Assembly (NCBI GenBank): GCA_030704615.1 | Contig: JAKLZA010000258.1 | Coordinates: 1-7,000 of the forward strand | DNA: 7,000 nucleotides | Reading direction: 5' to 3' | DNA from: Takakia lepidozioides | Taxonomy: Eukaryota; Plantae; Bryophyta | Part shown: piece by piece, positions 1 to 7,000 of the stretch | Position numbering within the stretch: position 1 is the first letter of the stretch | How the letters are laid out: every line of letters starts with the position of its first letter | The notes under the pieces: generated by a model | Told to the model about the DNA's origin: nothing | The model's database searches: none | What the model saw: the letters and a program-made list of their open reading frames with translations, nothing else | Made by a program: the position numbers and the translations under genes

Positions 1-170
1 TGTCTTCTTTCTTGATGACACCTGTTCTTGCACTTCCTTCTCAGTTGTGTGTCGCCCCCTGATTTTCACGTGTCTATTTTTAAACTGATTTCCGTCCTTT
101 CTTCCGTCGGCCATTTTCCTTAAGTTAATGTGCGTCCACCTGTCACTGATTCTATGGATTGTGTAACCCT

Positions 171-420
171 AGTAGGCTGTGTTGAGCTGTGACAAGCTGT
201 GTCATACTGTGGTACGCTGTGATAGGCTGTGATGCACTGTGGTAAGCTGTGATAGGCTGTGACACGCTGTGGTAGGTTGTGATAGGCTGTGTTGCGCCGT
301 GCTGGGCTGTGATAGGCTGTGTCACGTCGTGATGGGCTGTGATAGGTTGTGTCACGTTGTGATTGGCTGTGATAGGCTGTGTTTCGCCTTGATGGGCTGT
401 GATAGGCTGTGTCACGCTTG
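171..420. repeat. Minisatellite: 10-bp basic unit (gNNNNgctgt) organised as a 30-bp higher-order unit, about 8 copies
   Basis: Directly visible 30-bp units at 181, 211, 241, 271, 301, 331, 361 and 391, e.g. ggtaagctgt-gataggctgt-gacacgctgt. The gataggctgt block is the best conserved. Confidence 0.95.
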
Positions 421-508
421 TTTTGCCCTCCCTGGTCATATATGCTCGGCCTAGCGACAAGTGCTCCATACTCCGTTCGTAACACTGGTGCAGCCGAGGT
501 TTGCTATT

Positions 509-540
509 TCATGAGCATGAGCGGCATGAGCGGCATGAGC
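509..540. repeat. Short tandem repeat of CATGAG(CGG), 4 copies
   Basis: tcatgagcatgagcggcatgagcggcatgagc. Further copies at ~565, and inverted copies at 689-696 (gctcatga) and 708-718 (ccgctcatgcc). Confidence 0.8.
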
Positions 541-739
541 AGAGTAGTAACACAATCGGTTTTCATGAGTAGAAGTACAAATTTCGAAAATAAAAAACAA
601 TAAAAAACAATAATTTAATGCAATGTGTCAGGAAAAACAAATATATTATTCGGCCCCTTGAAGGGAAAATTGCACTTTTGACAGTTGTGCTCATGATATT
701 TCGTCTTCCGCTCATGCCAATTCCCAGCGACATGTGCAA

Positions 740-1245
740 ATATGGCGCCGAATTTCGCGGTAATAGGGTCCGTAACCTGAAAAACGGCGACGTATATTTC
801 GCGGCAATAGGTCTCTCTGGCGAAAAATGGTGCCGAATTCCGCGGCTATAGGTCCCCTCATGACAGGTAATTCGGCGCCATTTTTCCAGTGCATGTTCGG
901 ACTTAGCCAGTTTTCGGCGCAAATAGGGAAATTCGGCGCCATTTTTCCAGACACTGTACCAGTGCATGTTGGGACTTAGCCAGTTTTCGGCCCAAAAAGA
1001 GAAATTCGGCGCCATTTTTCCAGACACGGTACCAGTGCATGTTGGGACTTAGCCAGTTTTCGGCCCCAAAAAGAGAAATTCGGCGCCATTTTCCCAAACA
1101 CAGACACCGTGCATGTTGGGACTTAGCGAGTTTTCGCCCCAAAAAGAGAAATTCGGCGCCATTTTTCCAGACACGGTACCAGTGCATGTGGGGGACTTAG
1201 CCAGTTTTCGGCCCCAAAAAAGAAAAATTCGGCGCCATTTTTCAG
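740..1245. repeat. Left (3' of transposase) subterminal-type array: ~74-bp tandem units carrying GAAATTCGGCGCCATTTTT and CCAGTTTTCGGCC
   Basis: aattcggcgcc starts at 869, 930, 1003, 1077, 1150 and 1226 (spacings 61, 73, 74, 73, 76). Oppositely oriented copies lie at 744-755 and 823-839. Confidence 0.93.
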
Positions 1246-1398
1246 AAATGGCCCCCACACTGCTTCTGTTGGGATCTCAGTTTGAATGGAATATTGCCTC
1301 ATTTCCAGGAGTTTTGGGGTGCATTTCATTACACTGCAAAAAAAAAGTCTGATACAGCATTTTTGAAAATATCCATATGGAGGATTCCGTTTGCCCCA

Positions 1399-1625
1399 TC
1401 AATGATTTCTGGAATCCCTAAGGAGGAGTTTGTGCAGCTCGTTCACGCTCAACGCCGGTGCATGAATAAAGTCATCAATAGTCACGTTCATCCTCAACCT
1501 CTTCAGGTAAATGTAATACAGATGCTTGCACGGATAATACTTCGAACCCTTCTTTTCTTCCATCAACGAGAAGTCCGTACAGTTGCAAGTCGGCTCCACT
1601 CCAATCGTAATTGTGTATACATCGT
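1399..1625 (-). CDS. C-terminal transposase fragment with SWIM-type zinc finger
   Basis: YTITIGVEPTCNCTDF-x12-PCKHLYYI fits the SWIM signature Y-x-V/I...CxC-xn-CxH (Cys codons at ~1587, 1581 and 1530, His at ~1524). The stop is at 1399-1401. Confidence 0.88.
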
Positions 1626-2773
1626 CGCGTACAGCCGAGCCGCCGGCGTTGCCATCCGATACACACGCCCAAGGCCGGGTGGGGGTACGTCCACGGAGCT
1701 CTGAATAGTGCAAGCCATCCCAAGAGCATTGGCAATCCGAGTCTCATTCAACTTGTTGGAGGTGTCGTCTTTCACTCTTCCGAATCCGAATCGCATTGTG
1801 GGATGTGCAGAATTGTCCAATCCGTCTCTACTGGACCGAGCAGTCTGCAATGGCTGGGTCTGAGGAACCGGAAATGCGTGGGCCGGGATGTCTGTGCGTT
1901 GCACCATTCGAAATCCTGCTGCAGATAGAGCATCCGCCTCATTCTGAGAGAGGCTGCAACCCGTGCAACAGGCCAGACGCCCGGAGGCTCCGGCATTCCC
2001 TGAATCCCGTACTTGGGCTTGCCAAATACACAGGTCATTATGTCGTGCCTACAGAACCAAAATGTCTGCGTTGTGGCGTGAGCAAATGTGGGAGTCAAAA
2101 ATCTGCCGCTGAAACAAGGTGCAGGTACAGCACCGTGTGGGTTCCTCCGAATCATCTCACCACAGCGTGCTCTCGTATCCACCCGGATGGCGCAACACTT
2201 CCCTCGAAATGCCGGCAATGTGTCCTCGCAATTCTCCACTGTGACTCCGACACTCTTGTCTCCACAATGGGAATGTTGTATTGCTTTACTACACAATGGC
2301 TCGTTATGTTGCCGGGGGCACGCGCCCTGTGCTCAAAGGAGATGGCGATCTTGAACGTGCAGGACTTCCGGTGCTCGACGAGACCTCCTCGGACAACATC
2401 ACCGGACCACGAGGGAGCGTGCGAATATTCTTGTCAGCTCGCCATGAATCCTCTTCTCCGCCAGGTGCCGTCAAGTCTTCGTCTCACTGGACGGGTATGA
2501 ACATCTCCTTCCAAATGTTGGCCTCTTCGCAGCAATGGCGTGTCCCGAAGGCCCTCTCGCAAGGCCGCCGCCCCACTTCCGAGGATTCTTCGATCTGGAG
2601 GCAGTCCGCATCAGCATTTCCTGCCTGTCCGGCCCCAAGCCCCACTGTTTCCCTTTCAAGAACTCGTTGTACCTGCATTGCTGCATAATTGACCTCACAA
2701 TGTCCTCCGTTGTGGCAGTGAGGATGTCCACCAGATGCGCCGCAGAGGAGGCACGCCAGGAAGAGTGCACTGA

Positions 2774-3805
2774 TTCGGCCATGTTTGTCGTGGCATGTCG
2801 GTGTCGGAGTCGAGACACATTTCCTGCACAAGCACATGTTGAGGTTACAAGCAAGTTACAAATATGGCCAAGAATAATATCCAACGGGACGCGAATTCGT
2901 GCAACTCACCTCCCGCATATAGTCGCCGAACTGGAGGAAACGATAATGCCACCATGCTAGCCAACTGACCATTGCTCCTTCGTCTGATTTCCTTACAGCA
3001 CCTGACGATGTCCACCAACGCCCGTATGCATGCAAACTGTGTCTCTGCATCATCCAAGGTGGGAGCGCGCTTCCACGCAAGGCACATGGAACGGTGCTCC
3101 TCTCTGAAATCTGGCGCCACAAGCCTGGTTGTGTACTGCGAAAGGCTCTGCAGAAAATGGAACCCACAAGATCTCTCCTTGCCTTCCATGGGAACATTGG
3201 GGTCTTGCCCGTTACACCCTTCGGATGGCAGCCCAATTTGCTTGTGCGTTGTCCGCCATGAAACCACGGAAATTGGGAGGGGGCAATCCCTTGGCCATCT
3301 GTTCGTTTATTCCCTGCCAAAGAAGCATCTCCGATTGTGTGTCCTCTCCTTTCATCTCACAAATAGCAATTGTCATTAGCATCCTGCTGCAGTGGGTGTC
3401 GTAGACATGTGCACCCATTGTCACCCACTGGTGATTTGTAATTCGCTTGATATGGTCGAACATGACCCAACTGTTTGACAAGTTCCCACTCGTCATCCTG
3501 TCGACCAGTTCGACGCCACTGCCAGGTCCACACGTGGACATTTTGAATACGAAACAACGATCTGCCTCAGTCCCTTGTCCTGGAAACCTACTTCCATGAA
3601 TGTAGTCATATCCACATCGTCGCTTCACCTCCAGAATGGAGTGCATATCCGAGCCACGCCCAATTTTCTGTTTGCATGAGACAATGTGGTTTCGGACATT
3701 CGGTGAACATACGTGGGACACCGACTCCAGCAATGCCTCCATTTCCTTCTCGTCGAGAGGAACTCTATCGGAGCCGTCTTCCGACATAATTCTGGCCAAT
3801 GCCAT
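2774..3805 (-). CDS. MULE transposase catalytic (RNase H-like DDE) core, split by frameshifts and one intron
   Basis: Candidate D1 in WVMFDHIKR (3455-3457), D2 in GFMADNAQAN (3251-3253), CxxH in ERSCGFH (3157-3168) and E in TTNMAESVH (2774-2776). Frameshifts at ~3213, ~3018 and ~2793. Confidence 0.82.
2824..2909 (-). other. Predicted 86-bp spliceosomal GT-AG intron (phase 0)
   Basis: The minus strand reads GAG|GTGAGT...T-rich...TTGTGCAG|GAA. Splicing joins FGDYMRE to EMCLDSDTDMP(TTNMAES) and removes a segment containing the stops of the two upstream ORFs. Confidence 0.72.
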
Positions 3806-3914
3806 CTTTGGGGGCGGCTTGGCTGTATCTGTTTGGGTTTGGCACCCGGTCTCAACTTAACCTCCTCCTCCTGAACGAGCTGCTCTGCTTCGTGGGCAGC
3901 CTCCCGCGAGTTCC

Positions 3915-4270
3915 CCCTCGCCAATTTTGTGACAATGGGAACCAACGTGTTGCAAGCTCGGGTGAGAAACGGGTTGCAAACACATAGAACTGCTTGGCAT
4001 TACAAAACACATGCAGTGTGGTGGTTCTTCTTTGCGCACACTTAAATGTGGAGTTCGGAACCTTCTCCTGAGCTCGAAATGGTTGGTGAGCTGTGCCTGT
4101 CCAATCGTCTCGTTCCTGTGACCTCTGGATTTAAAGTGGAAGCAAGTTGGGGAGAAACACCGCAACGCGCCCGCCACAAACAACGTAGCGCACCCGCACA
4201 CCATCAAGCATCTTCATGCTGGTGGTTTTGGTAACGCACCAAGGATGACCGTCATGTTTTTCTATCCATA
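3915..4270 (-). CDS. Cys/His-rich GCM/WRKY-like DNA-binding region of the transposase (frameshifted)
   Basis: Manual reconstruction across frames: MDRKHDGHPWCVTKTTS...VRYVVCAGALRCFSPTC...RNET...FKC...PHC..CNAKQFYVF...RAC.HVGSHCHKIGEG. The DG-x-x-W start, the C-x-G-x-L-x-C-x4-C segment and the terminal G-x-H-x-H resemble WRKY-GCM1 superfamily domains known from MULE transposases. Confidence 0.62.
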
Positions 4271-5275
4271 TCTGTCAACATTCCCGGACGCCCTCGAGTA
4301 GTCCGCCCGAGGAGGGAACTCAAAGAAGATATTACCGTCGACGTCGGCGGAAGGCATGTAACCGATTTTAATTTTGCGAACTTGCTGTAGTCCAGCCCGG
4401 CCAGCTCCGACCGTGTCCTTCCAGGTGAAGCCCTCGCAGAATTTCAAGAATAGATCGAACTGCGGTGCTCGTGCTGGGAATATGACTCCCTCTCCACTGA
4501 CGTCCATGAGGGCTTGCCTGATCTCCAGGACGACCTCGGAACTTCCATGACCTCGTCTGAGTCGGACAGGTTGTGAACAACCCGGTTCTCGGTCGTCTTC
4601 ATGGATGGGTTCGGCTCTGGATTTACTTCGTTGCGGACTTCTCTCTTTGAGGTACCCACTCTCTCTGATTCCGGATTGTTTCGTGGAAGCGCCAGGATAG
4701 ACGGTGCATTTGGGCGGGCAAATGAAAGTCCCCAACAGCCCTGTATATGACGCTGTCCGATGGTGGAACTCGCCATTCCCTGCCATCGCCGAAATCATCG
4801 TGGAGCACAACAATACTCTCGACAACAAAGGCCGTTTGAGTCCTCCTCCAAAAAAAAAACCGACCCCGGTTTTCAGGTGGTATCGACGCACAGATATTTC
4901 TCCATCACCCGGCAGGTGTCCCCTCTGCACGGAAATGAAGCTCTATGCTCGTGAGGAGGGCAGTACACTGTAGCGCTCCGGGTTTTCCGCCATGGGAGAT
5001 GTGCACACAAGACTGCCAGGATGGCGTGCGGGGAAGCTCCCCTGGTAGAAGGGGGGTGCAGCGATGGGAATGAATGCGATGCCGATTTGTCCGAGCGACG
5101 AAGCCTGATCCAAATCCAGGGAGCCAACTATCTCAAAAATCCACAGTCAGAGTGTTAATGAACCTTGTCTCCGGAATGCGGCCCCTGGTCTTTGCGCAAT
5201 AACTGCCAACGGTATGCAGTCAGAAAGTGGGGGCCGTCCGGATGATGACGGCTGAAGGGGAGAAGCCGGCACCGT

Positions 5276-5850
5276 GCCGTCACATTACTACCCCGAATGG
5301 AAATTCGGCACCCAATATCCAACAGAGGAAGCCCGGATGAAGTCGCCTCGGGCGCAGAGGCCGATGTGTGCGACAGAGAACATCCCCTGGATGGAGATTC
5401 GGCGCCGAATTTCCATCCGGGCCCCCAAAGGGAGTCGTGTCGGGGGTCAGGCCGAAAACTGGACGGCATAAAAACATCCCCAGATGGAAAAAACGGCGCC
5501 GAATTTCCATCCGGGGCGGTTCGGATGCAGTCGGGGAGGGGGGAGTGGCCTGCACTTGGCCGTCACATTTCAACCCCCGGACGGAAATTCGGCACCGAAT
5601 ATCGAACAGATTTCCATCCGGGCCCCCCCAAAGGAAGTCTTGTCGGGGGTCAGACCGAAAACTGGCCGACATAAAACTCCCCAATGGAAAACGGCGCCGA
5701 ATTTCAATTCGGGGCCGTTCCAATGCAGTCGGGGAGAAGGGAGAGGTCAGCACCTGGCCGTCATATTTCAACCCCCGGGACGGAAATTCGGCACCGAATA
5801 TCCAACAGAGCGGCGGAGAGGCGGCACCTCTCCGACAGAGACCATCCCCC
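5276..5850. repeat. Inner right subterminal region: ~200-bp diverged direct duplication (5410-5610 / 5611-5810) plus a partial related copy (5276-5418 similar to 5757-5880)
   Basis: Both copies read tttccatccgggccccc-aaagg.agtc.tgtcgggggtcag.ccgaaaactgg...atggaaaa.cggcgccgaatttc...atgcagtcggggag...ggccgtca.atttcaacccccgg.acggaaattcggcaccgaatatc.aacaga. GGC(G/A)CC cores lie at 5307, 5401, 5495, 5591, 5693 and 5790. Confidence 0.88.
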
Positions 5851-6355
5851 GGATGGAAATTCGGCGCCGAATTTCCATCCAGCAGGTAAGTGGAATCTCG
5901 GGATGGATGGAGATTCGGCGCCGAATTTTCCATCCTGCAGGTAATTCGAATACCGGATGAATGGAAATTCGGCGCCGAATTTCCATCCAGCAGGTAAGTG
6001 GAATCCCGGATAAATGAAACTTCGGCGCCGAATTTCCATCCTGCAGGTAATTCGAATCCCGGATGAATGGAAATTCGGCGCCGAATTTCCATCCAGCAGG
6101 TAAGTGGAATCTCGGATGGATGGAGATTCGGCGCCGAATTTCCATCCTGCAGGTAATTCGAATACCGGATGAATGGAAATTCGGCGCCGAATTTCCATCA
6201 AGCAGGTAAGTCGAATCCCGATAAATGGAATTCGGCGCCGAATTTCCATCCTGCAGGTAATTCGAATCCCTGCTGGATGGAAATTCGGCGCCGAATTTCC
6301 ATCCAGCAGGTAAGTCGGATCGGTGCCGTATGGATATTCGGCGCCGAATTTCCAT
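5851..6355. repeat. 53-bp tandem array (10 units, largely alternating A/B dimer of ~106 bp), each unit containing the palindrome GGAAATTCGGCGCCGAATTTCC or a close variant
   Basis: GGCGCC cores at 5863, 5917, 5971, 6024, 6077, 6130, 6183, 6234, 6287 and 6340. Linkers alternate between agcaggtaagt(g/c)gaat and tgcaggtaattcgaat. Perfect palindromes of 30 bp (5851-5880) and 42 bp (6269-6310). Confidence 0.96.
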
Positions 6356-6842
6356 TCGCCATGTATTTCTGAGCGAGGAATTACCTTCGTGCAGGTAATT
6401 CCCATATAGGAATTACCTTCCTGCAGGTAATTCCCAGATGAGAATTACCTTCCTGCAGGTAATTCCAATCGATGTTAATTCCTCGTCCAGAATTACTTCG
6501 TGCAGGTAATTCTGGACGAGGAATTAACATCGATTGGAATTACCTGCAGGAAGGTAATTCCTATATGGGAATTACCTGCACGAAGGTAATTCCTCGCTCA
6601 GAAATACATGGCGAATGGAAATTCGGCGCCGAATATCCATGGCACCGATCCGACTTACCTGCTGGATGGAAATTCGGCGCCGAATTTCCATCCAGCAGGG
6701 ATTCGAATTACCTGCAGGATGGAAATTCGCGCCGAATCTCCATCCATCCGAGATTCCACCTACCTGCTGGATGGAAATTCGGCGCCGAATTTCCATTCAT
6801 CCGGGATTCGAATTACCTGCAGGATGGAAATTCGGCGCCGAA
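6021..6842. repeat. Large imperfect inverted repeat (fold-back) centred at ~6501
   Basis: 6442-6496 is the exact reverse complement of 6506-6560 (9-nt loop). 6241-6410 pairs with 6560-6727 (one 2-bp indel), and ~6021-6140 pairs with ~6724-6842. The left arm has one extra 32-bp unit and two extra 53-bp units. Confidence 0.93.
6377..6593. repeat. Six copies of a second, spaced palindrome GAATTACC-N8-GGTAATTC
   Basis: aattac starts at 6379, 6411, 6443, 6491, 6538 and 6570 (spacings 32, 32, 48, 47, 32). The N8 is ttc(c/g)tgca or its reverse complement. The central copy lacks one C. Confidence 0.92.
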
Positions 6843-7000
6843 TTACCTGCTTGAGGGAAATTTGGCGCACCGCCTACCTGCGCAGATGGAAATTCGGCGC
6901 CGGATTTCCATCCGCGCGCTTCCGAATTACCTGCGTGAGGGAAATTTCCAGCGCCGCCCTACCTCCGCGGATGGAAATTCGGCGCCGGATTTCCATCCGC
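6840..7000. repeat. ~84-85-bp tandem unit (about 2 copies, truncated by the window edge) combining GAATTACCTGC and GGAAATTCGGCGCCGGATTTCC
   Basis: gaattacctgc.tgagggaaattt at 6840 and 6924; GGCGCC cores at 6896 and 6981. Confidence 0.85.

Larger units (their letters stand above)
1399..4700 (-). pseudogene. Frameshifted MULE-like DDE transposase (GCM-like DNA-binding region + DDE core + SWIM finger); may be intact in vivo if the indels are sequencing errors; 5' end uncertain
   Basis: Parts of ORFs 4444-4776, 4262-4930, 3857-4207, 3625-3945, 3212-3805, 2845-3267, 2856-3320, 2471-2884, 1772-2296, 1563-1907 and 1399-1713 join colinearly. The motif order VMFDH...FMADNA...ERSCGFH...TNMAESVH...CNC-x16-CKH matches the Mutator D..D..CxxH..E..SWIM pattern. 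Confidence 0.85.
740..7000 (-). mobile_element. Mutator/MULE-superfamily DNA transposon with long repetitive, palindromic subterminal regions (termini not defined; may extend beyond these coordinates)
   Basis: A MULE-type transposase gene is bracketed by two arrays that share the same motifs in inverted orientation. No TIR end or TSD could be identified. Confidence 0.78.

Noticed and set aside
120-485. ORFs with 10-aa repeats (TAYHS / QPITA / GCDRL)
   Set aside because: By-products of the 30-bp minisatellite, open in several frames on both strands.
589-613. Tandem 10-bp duplication taaaaaacaa as a TSD or excision footprint
   Set aside because: The length fits a MULE TSD, but it is low-complexity A-rich sequence and has no matching copy at another boundary in the window.
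563-1352. Overlapping ORFs across the left array
   Set aside because: These are translations of the 74-bp repeat cycling through frames.
1282-3987. Plus-strand ORFs (e.g. 1796-2500, 2535-2960, 2972-3379)
   Set aside because: Antisense shadows of the transposase with no recognisable motifs.
1399-4700. Zisupton/KDZ, Helitron or retroelement identity
   Set aside because: SWIM occurs in Zisuptons too, but the D..D..CxxH..TNxAES order is Mutator-like. No HUH/helicase, RT or integrase motifs were seen.
4700-5270. Start codon, first exon or promoter of the transposase
   Set aside because: Several candidate ATGs and short ORFs exist, but frameshift noise and a lack of recognisable motifs prevent a supported call.
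5851-6355. CRISPR array
   Set aside because: The spacers are not unique (two alternating types), no cas-like ORF is present, and the context is eukaryotic, with an intron-containing MULE gene.
6442-6560. Rho-independent terminator or structured ncRNA gene
   Set aside because: There is no U-tract and no recognisable RNA family. The hairpin is explained as the core of the larger fold-back.
5155-6854. Long ORFs with repeated MEIRRRIS / WKFGAEF / DGNSAPNF peptides
   Set aside because: The same peptides appear in all frames on both strands because they are translations of the palindromic repeat. There is no evidence of coding.

Overview
This appears to be eukaryotic DNA dominated by one large Mutator/MULE-type DNA transposon. 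On the minus strand (~4700 down to 1399), the supplied ORF fragments can be joined across many 1-2 bp frameshifts and one GT-AG intron into a single protein of roughly 1000 aa. In order it has a Cys/His GCM/WRKY-like DNA-binding region, a MULE D-D-(CxxH)-E core, an extra Cys-rich segment and a C-terminal SWIM zinc finger. The gene lies between two complex repeat arrays that share the motif AAATTCGGCGCC and show inverted homology to each other. The left array has ~74-bp units (740-1245). The right array runs from 5276 to the window end and contains a 200-bp duplication, a 53-bp palindrome array, a second palindromic motif, and an ~820-bp imperfect fold-back centred near 6501. A 10/30-bp minisatellite lies at 171-420. 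The true element termini and TSD cannot be identified in this window. Most other supplied ORFs are repeat-derived or antisense shadows.
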